Source of the DNA: an uncultured Deinococcaceae bacterium
GTDB lineage: Bacteria; Deinococcota; Deinococci; Deinococcales; Deinococcaceae
DNA: 54,293 nt
Direction: 5' to 3'
NCBI GenBank assembly: GCA_964252075.1
Contig: CAXULY010000037.1
Location: forward strand, 1 to 54,293
How positions within the stretch are numbered: the first letter of the stretch is position 1; the number at the start of each line of letters is the position of its first letter. This document shows, piece by piece, positions 29,716-39,875 of this stretch. The position numbers and the translations under genes were made by a program. Under the pieces are notes generated by a model. The model was given only the letters and a program-made list of their open reading frames with translations, was not told the origin of the DNA and did no database searches.

Positions 29716-30879
29716 ATGCCCCAGCACCCCGTTCCCCATAACACCAGCGCCTGGTTCATCCAGGGTCGTCCCGGCATGCACATCGGTCCTGCCCCATACA
29801 CGCCGCCCCGCGCGGGTGAGCTGGTCGTCCGGACGCACGCGGTCGCGGTCAATCCCGTCGACTGGCTGATCCCATTGATCGGGCGGTTCGCCTACCCCTG
29901 GTTGAAGTCCCCAGCCATCCTGGGCTTCGACCTCTCTGGGGAGGTGGTGGAGATCGGGCCGGACGTCACGCGCTTCCGCGTGGGGGACCGGGTGCTGGCG
30001 CTGGCCGTCGGCACCGAGAAGCGCCGCAACACCCCCGCCGAGGGGGCGTTCCAGCAGCATGTCGTCGTCCTCGAACGGCTGACCTGTCCCCTGCCCGACC
30101 ACCTCACCTACGAACAGGGGGCGGTGCTCCCACTCGGCGTGTCCACCGCCGCCTGCGGTCTGTTTCAGAAGGATCAGCTGGCCCTCCAGCACCCGTCCGC
30201 GACCCCTATCCCGACCGGCCAGACGCTCCTGATCTGGGGGGGTTCGACCAGCGTCGGCCAAAACGCCATTCAGCTCGCGGTGGCCGCGGGATACGAGGTC
30301 GTCACGACGGCTTCACCCCACAACTTCGCACGCGTCAAGGCGCTCGGTGCCAGCCACGTGTTCGATTACCGCAGCAAAACGGTCGTGCAGGACCTGGTCG
30401 CGGCGCTTCAAGGAATGACGCTCGCTGGGGCGCTGTCTGTCGCCAGTGGCGCCACCGGAGCGTGCATCGAGGTGCTCCGTGCGTGCAGGGGCCGGAAGTT
30501 CATTTCCATCGCCAGCACGCCCGTCTCCTTCGAACGACTGGGCGAGCAGCCGCGCGCGCCCCTGCTGCTGCCGCGCCTGATCGGCCAAATGCTCGGGGCG
30601 ACCGCCAGCCTCCGCCTCAAAGCCCGGCGCGCCGGCATCCGGACGAAATCCATCTGGGGCGCATCGCTGATGAACGATGAGGTCGGCCCCCTGATCTTCA
30701 AAGCGTTTCTGCCGGCCGCGCTGGCGGGGCGCCGCTATCTCGCCGCTCCGGAGCCGGACGTGGTCGGGCACGGTCTGGGGGCCATCCAGCAGGGGTTGGA
30801 GGTGCAGCGACGTGGCGTCTCCGCGAAGAAGGTGGTGATCTCGCATATCGCGGGAGCACCAGCGTCTCAGGTGTCCTGA
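29716..30879 (+). CDS. MDR-family (zinc-type ADH/enoyl-reductase-like) oxidoreductase
   Basis: AVNPVDW, GFDLSGEV, WGGSTSVG, VSAKKVV. Confidence 0.9.
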   Translation: MPQHPVPHNTSAWFIQGRPGMHIGPAPYTPPRAGELVVRTHAVAVNPVDWLIPLIGRFAYPWLKSPAILGFDLSGEVVEIGPDVTRFRVGDRVLALAVGTEKRRNTPAEGAFQQHVVVLERLTCPLPDHLTYEQGAVLPLGVSTAACGLFQKDQLALQHPSATPIPTGQTLLIWGGSTSVGQNAIQLAVAAGYEVVTTASPHNFARVKALGASHVFDYRSKTVVQDLVAALQGMTLAGALSVASGATGACIEVLRACRGRKFISIASTPVSFERLGEQPRAPLLLPRLIGQMLGATASLRLKARRAGIRTKSIWGASLMNDEVGPLIFKAFLPAALAGRRYLAAPEPDVVGHGLGAIQQGLEVQRRGVSAKKVVISHIAGAPASQVS

Positions 30880-30927
30880 GCACCTCACGCGCCATCTGAA
30901 GTGAATTGACGTCAAAAGGAGCGGCAC

Positions 30928-31578
30928 ATGACTCAGCAGAAAACGTTTCTGGTGTTCGGCGCCAGCGGTCAGACCGGGCAGCACTTCGTTTCCCACGCCC
31001 TAAGAGAAGGGCATCACGTCAGGGCGTTGGTCCGCACGCCTGCGAAACTGATCTCCAGAAGTCCAGTGCTGGACATCTATCAGGGAAGCATCGCGCACGT
31101 TCCCGACCTCGATGGGCTGTTGCAGGGTGTCGATTTTGTGATTTCGATGCTGGGCGACGCCAGAATGCAGAGAGAAGCGAAGGTCAACACCGCGTTCGTG
31201 CAGAAGCTGATCCCCGCCATGCGGCGGCAGGGGGTCAAGCGGTTCCTCTATCAGGCGGGAGGCCTGAGCAAACCTCCGAATCAGCCGCTTTCACTGCCGT
31301 TTCGGTTGATCAGAAGCACGGTGGCCCGTGGGTACATCGGGCAGCATGAAGACAATGAAGCGGTCATGGAATACCTGGCGGCAGCAGCGGACGACATCGA
31401 GTGGATGGTGCATCGCGCAGGCATTGGCTCGAACGGACCGTCCCGAGGGGTGTTGAAGAGGTCGAACAGGGACTTCAGCATCGCGACTTTTCAAGACTGC
31501 GCCGCCTACAACTACCGTCTGCTGATGGACGCGTCCGCCATTCACACCTGTGATCTGAGCTGCTATCAAAAAAGCTGA
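30928..31578 (+). CDS. NAD(P)H-binding Rossmann-fold protein
   Basis: VFGASGQTG...VRALVRTPAKL. Confidence 0.88.
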   Translation: MTQQKTFLVFGASGQTGQHFVSHALREGHHVRALVRTPAKLISRSPVLDIYQGSIAHVPDLDGLLQGVDFVISMLGDARMQREAKVNTAFVQKLIPAMRRQGVKRFLYQAGGLSKPPNQPLSLPFRLIRSTVARGYIGQHEDNEAVMEYLAAAADDIEWMVHRAGIGSNGPSRGVLKRSNRDFSIATFQDCAAYNYRLLMDASAIHTCDLSCYQKS

Positions 31579-31659
31579 GCAAAAAGGTGTAACTGTACGC
31601 CTGTCTTCCTAAGTCGCACCTGACGGTGGAGCCCATCTCACAGCGGTTCAGGGTGTGAT

Positions 31660-31990
31660 GACATGCTCAGGGCGTGGAACGGACCGAGCCGCAATGGATG
31701 GTCGTCAAGACCCTCTTCCCAGCGCCCGAAGCCACGGTCGCCGTCGACAGGATGACCAACTCGTCCTCGAGGGCGTCCTCTGTGTGCGTCGGCCCGGCGC
31801 ACCCTCGCACGCTGGAAGGACCGCCCTATCGCTTCCCGCCGTACCAAACCTGCCACCCCCGCTTCTAGCAATGGGTGTGCTCGGGACTGCTCGACCACCT
31901 CCGGCAAGCGCCGGACGAGGGCATAATCGAGCGCAGCCACGTCAAGCTCGACGAATGGTTGATCGAAGGGCCCTTCGTCCCCGCGAAAGT
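31660..31990 (+). mobile_element. IS5-family transposase N-terminal remnant
   Basis: TEPQW..LFP, DDQLVLEGVL, RFPPYQTCH.RF*QW split across frames. Confidence 0.7.
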
Positions 31991-32268
31991 GCGGCGCTGC
32001 TGTGAATAGTGCATGTTATCAGGCGCAAACGACGCTCCACATGGTGTCCAGAGCGAGACAACCTGCAGTCATCGATGGCGGCATCATCACGGCGCAGGAC
32101 CCGCTCGCCGATTGAGCTGACCCTCCACGGTTCGAACCCAAGATCTCTGGCCCTGAACGCCCGGGCTTCATTGTCAGAGCTCAACGTGGGAGGCAAAGCC
32201 CGTCTCGCCCATGTGCGGTCCTGTCCTGTGAGATGCGGGGTTGTGTTCCAGCAGCGCCGCAGGGGGTC

Positions 32269-32299
32269 TTGACCTTGACCTAAGGTCAGGGTGCACGCT
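32269..32299 (+). promoter_or_regulatory. MerR-type promoter/operator
   Basis: TTGACC-19 bp-CACGCT with dyad CCTTGACC-TAA-GGTCAGGG. Confidence 0.8.
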
Positions 32300-32305
32300 G
32301 CGCTC

Positions 32306-33113
32306 ATGACCCACATCATCACCGTGCCGGCCCACCCCACGACGCCCGCCCGCTGGACCGGCCTGATACCGGTGGACGACACGGCGCTGGCCGTGACCGA
32401 CACTGGCGGCGCCGTGTCGGTCACGGCCAACGGCCCTGGCGGCCTGTCATCGCGAAACTCGGCGGTGAAGGGCGGCACATCACCTACGACAAGCGGGCGC
32501 GCGGCCGGTCCGGGCGGTCTTCGGACTACTCCTTCGAGGCGTGCCTCCGGGACCTCGACGCGGTCCTCACGGCGCGCGGCGTCGAACGCCCGTGCTGGTG
32601 GGCTGGTCGTACGGCGCTTTCCTCGCGCTGCACTGGGCGGCCCGGAATCCACACCGGGTGGCGGGGGTGGTGGCGGTGGACGGCGGCATTCCCTATGGGC
32701 TGAGCGGCGAGGCGGGCCGTGAACGCATCCGCGCGCTGTTCCGCCGCATGCGCTGGCTGTTGCCGCTGGTGCGCCCACTGAGCCTCGCCGCCCGCATGAG
32801 CGCCGAGCAGCACGCGGACATCAACATCGAACTCAACGAACTGGCCGCCAACCTCATGCCCGTGCTGGAGCAGGTGACGTGCCCCGTCCGGTACGTCCTC
32901 GTGTCAGGGGGCAACATCGGGTCGAACCGCGCGGAGATGGAAGCGGTGCGCAAAGCGCTCGATCCGCTGCTCGCCCGCAAGCCGAACTTCACGGTCAGCG
33001 CGAAAGTCGCCAGCGATCATGGGAATATCCTGCGCCGCGATTTCCGCGCCGTCGCGCACGCCGCGCGCGAGACGGCCGCGTGCGTCGCCTCAGGGGCGCC
33101 CGCCGCCCGATGA
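32306..33113 (+). pseudogene. alpha/beta hydrolase, frameshifted
   Basis: VDDTALAVTDTGG, ITYDKRARGRS and LVGWSYGA fall in different frames. Confidence 0.8.
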
Positions 33114-33907
33114 GCTGTGGGCTCACGATCGGTCAGGCGGCAGCCTTTGCGGGCATTACGGTGAAGACCGTGCGGCATTATCACCGCCTGGGGCTGGTCG
33201 CGGAGCCGGCTCGCGACCCCTCGGGGTACCGGCGGTACGCCTACCCGGACCTGATCCGGCTGGTGCAGGTGAAAACACTGGCGGCGGCGGGCGTCCCCCT
33301 GGCGGACATCCAAGACCTGCTCAACACCACCCCCGAGCGGTTCGCGGCGGTCGTGGCGGACGTCCAGCGTCGACTGACGCAGCGGATTGAGGAGCTGACC
33401 GAGCGGCGCGACACGCTCGGCCAGCTGGTCCACGGCAATCAGGTGCTGCGGTCCGACCGGGCCCGCGCCGTGTTGGACCGCATGAACGCGCTCGGGTTCA
33501 GCGCCGATTACGTGGTCACGCAATGGGAGGGCCTGGTGCTGTTCCGCACGCTCCTCTCGGAAGGTTTCGATGACTTCCCCACCCACCTGGAGCGCCGCCT
33601 CGACAACCCAGAGGACGTGGAGCTGACGAGACGCGCCTGGGAGGCGGCGTCCTGGCGACCAGACGACCCGCGCCTCCCCGAGCTGGCCGCCGCCCTGGCC
33701 GCGCACCTGCTCGCCAACCACCCCGAGCGGGCGATGCCCGCCGCGCTGCAGGTGCGCTCTGACGCGGCCACCCGGTACGGCCTGATCAACCGGCACCGGG
33801 AAGACCAGTGGCCCGCCTTCGCCCGACTGAACGCCCTCGTCGAAGCGCACGTGCGCGCCGCGGGCGTTGACCTGCCGCGCTCAGAACCGCCCAGTAGAAC
33901 ACCTTGA
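33110..33907 (+). CDS. MerR-family regulator
   Basis: TIGQAAAFAGITVKTVRHYHRLGL...SGYRRY; ATGA coupling. Confidence 0.92.
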   Translation: MSCGLTIGQAAAFAGITVKTVRHYHRLGLVAEPARDPSGYRRYAYPDLIRLVQVKTLAAAGVPLADIQDLLNTTPERFAAVVADVQRRLTQRIEELTERRDTLGQLVHGNQVLRSDRARAVLDRMNALGFSADYVVTQWEGLVLFRTLLSEGFDDFPTHLERRLDNPEDVELTRRAWEAASWRPDDPRLPELAAALAAHLLANHPERAMPAALQVRSDAATRYGLINRHREDQWPAFARLNALVEAHVRAAGVDLPRSEPPSRTP

Positions 33908-34244
33908 CGGGTGACGGTGACGTGCATGCGGACGCCCAAACAGCAGGTTCGCGTTTTCGTCTGTGTTCCTACGGGCACCACGGCTCGGACACCAACGCCC
34001 AGTGGCGGACAGCGCCGGCGGTATTCCCGACGGTGCACGGCGGCCTCGGCCTGGCCTGAGGTGGTGGGCCGGATGCGCCTGCTGTTCGCGGGGCCAGACG
34101 GGCTGGCCCGCCCTGCTGCTGGAGGTCACCCACCACACTGCCCACCAGCTGTGACTTGCCAGGTGGTCCGCTGGACAAGGTTCACTTCAGCCAGGACGCA
34201 GGTTCGTGGGCCTGGAAGACGCGTCCTCCAGGAAGCGCAAACCA

Positions 34245-34742
34245 TCATTGTGTCCCTGCCTCGTCTTCACCGGCGTCTCCGAGGTGCAGGGCGCGCTGCG
34301 TCAGGTGCAGGCGGCGGACCGTGAACGCCAGCGCGACCAGCGCCGCGAGAACGGCCAGTGGAAGCGTTGCCCAAGTCGGCCAGTCGAGGGCCTCGACCAG
34401 CTCGGCGGTTTCTTTCAGGGCGATCAGGGACGCGCCGGCCCCCACCACGAACCACCCGGTGGCCTTGTTGGAATAGGAGACGAACTGAACGCGTTGTTGG
34501 GGCGTCAACGCCGCCATGACCTGCTGTCGCCACGCCCGCTGCCGGCGTTCGGTCATCACGTAGGCCACCGGGGGCAGCAGCCACCACCATGCGGAGATCC
34601 GCTCGGATGGCGCGATCGCATGCGCCAGCGACCTGAACGCCGGGAAGTCCACCTTCTCTCCGGTCAGTTCGACGGCCCCTTGATACAGCGGGCCGGCCAC
34701 CAGCACCCAGGCGCCGACAAACCCACACCAGGTCCAGATCAT
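34245..34742 (-). CDS. membrane protein
   Basis: several hydrophobic helices; GAWVLVAGPLYQ, WWWLLPPV. Confidence 0.75.
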   Translation of the reverse strand: MIWTWCGFVGAWVLVAGPLYQGAVELTGEKVDFPAFRSLAHAIAPSERISAWWWLLPPVAYVMTERRQRAWRQQVMAALTPQQRVQFVSYSNKATGWFVVGAGASLIALKETAELVEALDWPTWATLPLAVLAALVALAFTVRRLHLTQRALHLGDAGEDEAGTQ

Positions 34743-34752
34743 GCCCACCAGC

Positions 34753-35928
34753 CTACTGGGGTGACCCGCGGTCCTCGTCAGGAGCGCCGGTGAGATCATG
34801 GGGTTGCTCGGGGGCGCCCGCGAAGAACTCGGCGAGGGAGAATGGGGCGCGCTCGCCCAGACACAGGTCCAGGATCAGGCGCGAGAACGCGGCGGCGGCG
34901 GCGCTGCGCGGGAACAGCACCTCCTCGTAGGCCTGCAGGGCTGCCTCAGGATCGTCCGGGTGGCGGGCGATCGCCAGGCCGAGCTCAGCGCCGTCGAACA
35001 TCGCCAGGTTCGCGCCCTCGCCCGCCGGCGGCATCAGGTGTGCGGCGTCGCCGACCAGCGTCACTCCAGGTACGCGATCCCACCGGTGGTCTTCCGGGAG
35101 GGCGTGAATCACCCGTGGAATGGGTGCGGTGTCGCTGGCTGTGATCAGCGCCGTGAGCGCCGGGGCCCAACCGTCGAATTCGGCCGCGACGGCCTGTGTC
35201 GCGGCGGCCGTGTCGCTGAAGTCGATGGCGGCGACCCACTCGCCAGGGCGGTTCAGCTCGACGTACGTGTGGAGGACGCCGTCCGCTTCGCGGTGCGCCA
35301 CGATGCCCTGACCCGGGGCGAGCGCGAACATCACGCTGGAGCCGACGGCGCGGGCGGTGGCAGGATGCCGCTGGTCGGCGTCGTGGAGGTAGGTTTCGAT
35401 GAAGGTCGTGCCGACGTACGTGGGCCTGGCGTCCGACAGCAGCGGCCGGACCTTCGACCAGGCACCGTCCGCGCCGACCAGGAGTTCGGTGTGCACAGTC
35501 GTCCCATCCGCGAAGGTCAACGCGTGCTGGCCGGCAGTTGTCGCTGTGGCTTGGCTGAGCTTCTTGCCCCACTGAATCGTTCCTGCGGGCAGGGATTCAA
35601 TCAGCAGCCGCCGCAGGTCGCCACGCAGCACCTCGGGGCGCCCGCCGGTGCCTGGGTCGGCCTCTTCGAACAGCACCCGGCCAGTTCGGTCAAGGACCCG
35701 TGAGGCCTCGCCACCCGGGCGGATGAGCGCGCGGAATTCGTGGGTGAGGTGCGCCGCTTCGAGCGCGCGTTGTCCGTTTTCCTCGTGGATGTCGAGCTGT
35801 CCACCCTGGGTGCGGGCGTGGGCGGAAGGTTCTGCCTCGTAGATGGTCGCGGAAATGCCGTAGACGTGCAGAACGCGGGCGAGGACCAGGCCGCCGAGGC
35901 CCGCCCCCACAATCGTCACTGAGGTCAT
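34753..35928 (-). CDS. FAD-dependent monooxygenase (TetX-like group A)
   Basis: GAGLGG, GGQLDIH, RPEVLR, ADGAWSKVR, GDAAHLMPP. Confidence 0.92.
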   Translation of the reverse strand: MTSVTIVGAGLGGLVLARVLHVYGISATIYEAEPSAHARTQGGQLDIHEENGQRALEAAHLTHEFRALIRPGGEASRVLDRTGRVLFEEADPGTGGRPEVLRGDLRRLLIESLPAGTIQWGKKLSQATATTAGQHALTFADGTTVHTELLVGADGAWSKVRPLLSDARPTYVGTTFIETYLHDADQRHPATARAVGSSVMFALAPGQGIVAHREADGVLHTYVELNRPGEWVAAIDFSDTAAATQAVAAEFDGWAPALTALITASDTAPIPRVIHALPEDHRWDRVPGVTLVGDAAHLMPPAGEGANLAMFDGAELGLAIARHPDDPEAALQAYEEVLFPRSAAAAAFSRLILDLCLGERAPFSLAEFFAGAPEQPHDLTGAPDEDRGSPQ

Positions 35929-35952
35929 GATGTGCTCCTTTTCCACCGCTAT

Positions 35953-35991
35953 TGGAACGTTGTTCCAGAACCATTGTGGAACGGCGTTCCA
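35953..35991. promoter_or_regulatory. two TetR operators
   Basis: TGGAAC-N3-GTTCCA at 35953 and 35977. Confidence 0.8.
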
Positions 35992-36011
35992 GTCATGTCA
36001 AGATGAAGGCC

Positions 36012-36689
36012 ATGGCGACGAGGCTCCAACGAAACGAACGGCGCGCCGACGCGCTCTCAAAGCAGCGCATCGTCGAGACGGCCATCGAGATCCTGGACGA
36101 AGGCGGCGAACGGGCGCTGACCTTCCGCGTGCTCTCTGCCCGCTTGGCGACCGGCAGCGGGGCCCTTTACTGGCACGTCGCCAACAGAGACGAGCTCCTC
36201 AATGCGGCGACCACCCACGTGACCGCCCACCTCGTGACCGAGGCCGTCGGGGAGACGACCCCGCAGGACGTGATCCGCAGCACCGCCCTGGGCATGTTCG
36301 ACACCATTGATGCACACCCCTGGGTCGGCCCCCAGCTCTCCCGCGAACCGTGGCAGCCCGTGATGCTTCACCTGTTCGAGCGCGTCGGCCAGCAGCTCCA
36401 GGCGCTTCATGTGCCCGACTGGGCGCAGTTCGACGCCTGGTCCGCCCTGGTGAACTACATCCTCGGGGTCGCCGGTCAGAACGCTGAAAATGTGCTTCTT
36501 CAAGACCGCAATGCGGATCGGGCGGCTTTCCTGAACACCGTCGCCGCGCGGTGGGCGCAGCTCGACCCTGCCCAATACCCGTTCCTGCATCACCTGGCGG
36601 CGGGGCTGCACGGGCATGATGACCGCATGCAATTCCTGGCTGGGATCAACCTTATCCTGGCCGGCATTGCCACGCTTGGCTCAAATTAA
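36012..36689 (+). CDS. TetR-family regulator with TetR_C-like domain
   Basis: LTFRVLSARLATGSGALYWHVANRDEL. Confidence 0.92.
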   Translation: MATRLQRNERRADALSKQRIVETAIEILDEGGERALTFRVLSARLATGSGALYWHVANRDELLNAATTHVTAHLVTEAVGETTPQDVIRSTALGMFDTIDAHPWVGPQLSREPWQPVMLHLFERVGQQLQALHVPDWAQFDAWSALVNYILGVAGQNAENVLLQDRNADRAAFLNTVAARWAQLDPAQYPFLHHLAAGLHGHDDRMQFLAGINLILAGIATLGSN

Positions 36690-37057
36690 CAGTTGACCTT
36701 TCAGCGGACGCAGGGTAGAAGACTGGCGCGAATGACGAGGTCGGGGCGTTCTGGGTGCGGGAGGGCGGCGAGGACACCGCCCTCTCCCTGTGCCAGCGGT
36801 TGGATGGAACGGACGTTGGTGAACGCGCGGTCTTTTTCGGCGTTGCGGTTTGGAGGACCGGGGGCGTCCTCCACCGGGGTGGGGACGGTAGGCATGGTCG
36901 GCTCAGGGGCCGCGTCCGGTTCAGCGGGCCGTACGGGCTGGTGCAGACTGGCTGGGACCTGCTGCTGGAGGTGATGGGCGAGAACCTGGACGGGTCGGAG
37001 CCCAGCGATCAGCAGCACCTCGGGGAGGCCCACGTGCGGGTCGCGCCGGCCGCGTGA

Positions 37058-37324
37058 TTGAATCGTGGGGTCGTGCGCGCCGGGACCGTGCTCAAGCTGC
37101 AATCCGATCGCGCCGCCCCTCCCCTGCCCGACGACGCCCTGCTGTGCACGGTGGTCGGGGACTCCCCCACCGGCTTACCGGTGGGCCGCCAGGTCCAAAT
37201 CCGCCGCTTCAGCCAGGACTCGGGCGGCCTGGCGCTGTGCCACCTGCTCACCGAGGACGGCGCGCTGTGGGTGCGGGAGGTCGGCGACGAAGATGCCGCC
37301 GTGCGGCTGTTCGAGCGGCCGTGA
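37058..37324 (+). CDS. hypothetical protein, paralogue of about 51200-51470
   Basis: shared VGD.P.GL.VG.QVQ...TEDG...VRE.G.EDAAVRL. Confidence 0.65.
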   Translation: MNRGVVRAGTVLKLQSDRAAPPLPDDALLCTVVGDSPTGLPVGRQVQIRRFSQDSGGLALCHLLTEDGALWVREVGDEDAAVRLFERP

Positions 37325-37327
37325 CAG

Positions 37328-37355
37328 GAAGGGGGCCGCTACAGCGGCCCCCTTC
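37328..37355. terminator. bidirectional terminator-like hairpin
   Basis: GAAGGGGGCCGCT-AC-AGCGGCCCCCTTC between convergent genes. Confidence 0.7.
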
Positions 37356-37430
37356 TTCATTTTTGTGATCTTGCAAGCTTGCGATCAGGTTTTCAAGTGA
37401 ACTTGCCTGCATGTTTTCATTCCTGCAGGT

Positions 37431-37805
37431 TCAACCGCCGTCCTGGCCGGTCAGCACGCTCGTGATGCGGCGGCGCTGCTCGGGGTCGTCCAGGGACATG
37501 ATCAGCACCTCGACGACCTTCGCCTCGCTGGCCGGGTAGCCCGTCTGCTTGAGGTCCAGGACGTACCGGGCCAGCTGGTGTTTCAGGCTCGCGCGCAGGC
37601 GCAGGCCCGCCTGAATCTGCGCCTCCTGCGCCATCGGCCGCAGGAGGTAGGGCGCCTGGACCGCCGGGCGGGTCTGCTCGCCCACGGCGGCCGGCGGCTC
37701 GGTCAGGGCGGGCGCGGGCACAGGAGCCGATTGCGGCGCGGTGGGTGGGGCGACGTTCGGGCACGTCAGGAGGCCCGCGAGGCGGGAGGTCTTCGGTGCG
37801 GACAT
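37431..37805 (-). CDS. ParG-like centromere-binding protein (type Ib partition)
   Basis: coupled to parA; disordered N-terminus plus RHH-like C-terminus. Confidence 0.7.
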   Translation of the reverse strand: MSAPKTSRLAGLLTCPNVAPPTAPQSAPVPAPALTEPPAAVGEQTRPAVQAPYLLRPMAQEAQIQAGLRLRASLKHQLARYVLDLKQTGYPASEAKVVEVLIMSLDDPEQRRRITSVLTGQDGG

Positions 37806-38416
37806 CAGATCAACTCCATCGCCAGGCTGACCACGTCCAGCCAGGCGTTCTCCGCCTTCACATCGCCGCTGTCGAGCACCAGGGTGGCGTTGTCCTGGGC
37901 GCGCTCATGGGCCTTGTAATTGCGCACGACCGTCTCGCACACCGTGAGGCCACCCTCGCGCAATTCATCGCGCACCTGCGCGCCCTGGCCGCCCACCGGC
38001 GGCGCCTTGGTCACCACGACGCGCACGCGGCTCATGTCGGCGCCGTCGTCCTGCAGGCGCTGCCACAGTCGGATGGCGGCGCTCGCCTCGTTGCGGTTCG
38101 GGGCGGTGGGGAGGAGCACGACGTTCGCCAACCTGGTCAACTCGGTGATCAGGTCCATGCCCGGGCGGCCTTCGGTGTCGAGGACCACGTAGCGGGTGCC
38201 GTCCGGGATCTGGCTGAAGTCGTCGAGGACCGGGATGGGCAGCTCCCCGCGGCGCACCCATTCGCTGCTGGTTTTCATGTCGGCGTCCGCGTCGATCAGG
38301 ACGGTGCAGCCCTTCGCATTGCTGGCGAGGGCGCCGGCGCGGTTCACGGCGAGGGTGCTTTTGCCGACCCCGCCCTTGAGCGAGGTGATGGCGAGGATGA
38401 ACGGTGGGGCAGCCAC
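37805..38416 (-). CDS. parA: short ParA ATPase
   Basis: deviant Walker A KGGVGKST, LIDAD, VVLDT. Confidence 0.9.
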   Translation of the reverse strand: MAAPPFILAITSLKGGVGKSTLAVNRAGALASNAKGCTVLIDADADMKTSSEWVRRGELPIPVLDDFSQIPDGTRYVVLDTEGRPGMDLITELTRLANVVLLPTAPNRNEASAAIRLWQRLQDDGADMSRVRVVVTKAPPVGGQGAQVRDELREGGLTVCETVVRNYKAHERAQDNATLVLDSGDVKAENAWLDVVSLAMELI

Positions 38417-38427
38417 GCTTTATTCCC

Positions 38428-38540
38428 ATCATGCTTGCAAGCCTGCGTGGAAGCATTGAAGAGTGGTTACAAGTCGTGAGGCGATTTTGGATTCTTGTTT
38501 TTAAGCTTGCATGTTGCCTAACATGAGTGTTTTGAAGCGA
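38428..38540. repeat. centromere-like GCTTGC/GCAAGC/CATG array; similar tract at 37365-37425
   Basis: AT-richer degenerate short repeats flank the par operon on both sides. Confidence 0.55.
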
Positions 38541-38612
38541 TGTGCCGTTCTTCCCTGTGAATTGTGCCGAACACGCATGACCAACCAGCGAAGTTGCCAG
38601 TAGAGTTCTGCC

Positions 38613-38798
38613 ATGGGCGTAGCACAGCAGGTGGGGGAAACCGTCACCCTGCCGGTCGGCCATGAGGGCCCGCATCTCTGGCTGGTCATCCAGCGCGAGG
38701 AGCGCCCCGACCGCATCGTGCTGACCGTCGAATACCTGTACGACGCGCATGTGCGCCACCGCGTGCACCTGCTGAGCGGCGAAAAGGCGGCGGTCTAG
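38613..38798 (+). CDS. small hypothetical protein, paralogue at about 52653
   Basis: TAGAGT -10 box; PHLWLVIQ...LTVE.LYDA in both copies. Confidence 0.7.
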   Translation: MGVAQQVGETVTLPVGHEGPHLWLVIQREERPDRIVLTVEYLYDAHVRHRVHLLSGEKAAV

Positions 38799-38799
38799 C

Positions 38800-39415
38800 G
38801 TGTGCGGCCGCGCCGAGCAGATCCCCGGCCGCACCTGGGAGGTGCTGGGCCGGCACTTCGGGCGGGAGCTGCTGCAGGTGTTCGGCAGGGGAGGTGCGCC
38901 CCACTGACCCGCTCGGCCTCATCCGCGGCAAGCAGGGGCGGGTGGAGGCGGCGCGCGGTCGCTGGGGCTTGGTGGAGCCCCGCAGGGACCTGCAGCAGGC
39001 CAAGAAGTACGCCACCTTCAACGCACAGGCCGAAACCGTGCCGACGTCCCGAACCTATGCGGTGACGTACCGGCGCCGCCGCTGCCTGATGCCACTCAGC
39101 GCCTTCTGGGAGTGGCCGCTTGACGCCCAGGGCCGCACCCGCATCACCCGCAAGGACGGCCTGCCGCTGTTCGTGGCCGGACTGTGGTCGTCTTGCCGGG
39201 AGGAGGAAGGCGAACACGATGCGGTCACCATTGTGACCGTCGAGGCCGGGGCGGACCTCCAGCACGTCCACGACCGCCAGCCGCTGCTGCTCCACTCGAA
39301 GGACTGGCAGACCTGGCTGGGCGTGGACCAGGGCGTGCCCCTCACGGTCCCTCAGGCCTGCCTGTATTGCCCGTACCCCAGTGGCATCCTGCAGACCGCT
39401 CCGGAGGCGTCCTGA
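38800..39415 (+). pseudogene. SRAP (YedK/HMCES) abasic-site protein, frameshifted at about 38890
   Basis: MCGR start, TFNA..ET, RRCLMP..FWEW, HDRQP. Confidence 0.85.
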
Positions 39416-39416
39416 C

Positions 39417-39809
39417 GTGGGCCAGCGCCAGACCGAAGAGGAGCGCCGCCGCAAGTTCGAGCGGGACATGCAGGCGCTGGAAGCAAACGCCCACCGAGCC
39501 GAGGACCAGGCGCTGCTGTGACGCGCCCTGCGCCCCGAGCTGATCGCCGCGCGGCTCATCGCGCTGGATGTGCACCTCCTGCCGAGCGGGCAGCGCGAGC
39601 CGTTCACCCTGCCGCCCGTTCCAGCGTACCCACCGCGCCCGAGGCCGCCGGTCGGCCCGGAGCTGCACGACCTGGACCAGGCGCTGCGCATGGCCGAGGA
39701 GCTTGACGCGCCCCTCAACGACCGTGAGCAGGAATGGCTCGCAGACATCCCGCGCCGCACGCAGTGCCTGCATGCCCGGCTGATGCTGGCGGCCCGAGGT
39801 GCGCCTTGA
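39417..39809 (+). pseudogene. conserved hypothetical gene with in-frame TGA at 39519
   Basis: the paralogue at about 53120 has TGG at this codon. Confidence 0.65.
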
Positions 39810-39875
39810 CTTGAACCCTTCGCGTACCTGGCGTTCCCCACCGCCGCCGCCTACCGGTCCCTCAACCCAGAGCGG

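Noticed and set aside
38540..38612. RDRM/DdrO box upstream of the SRAP operon
   Set aside because: No convincing 17-bp palindrome by eye; a PWM scan is needed
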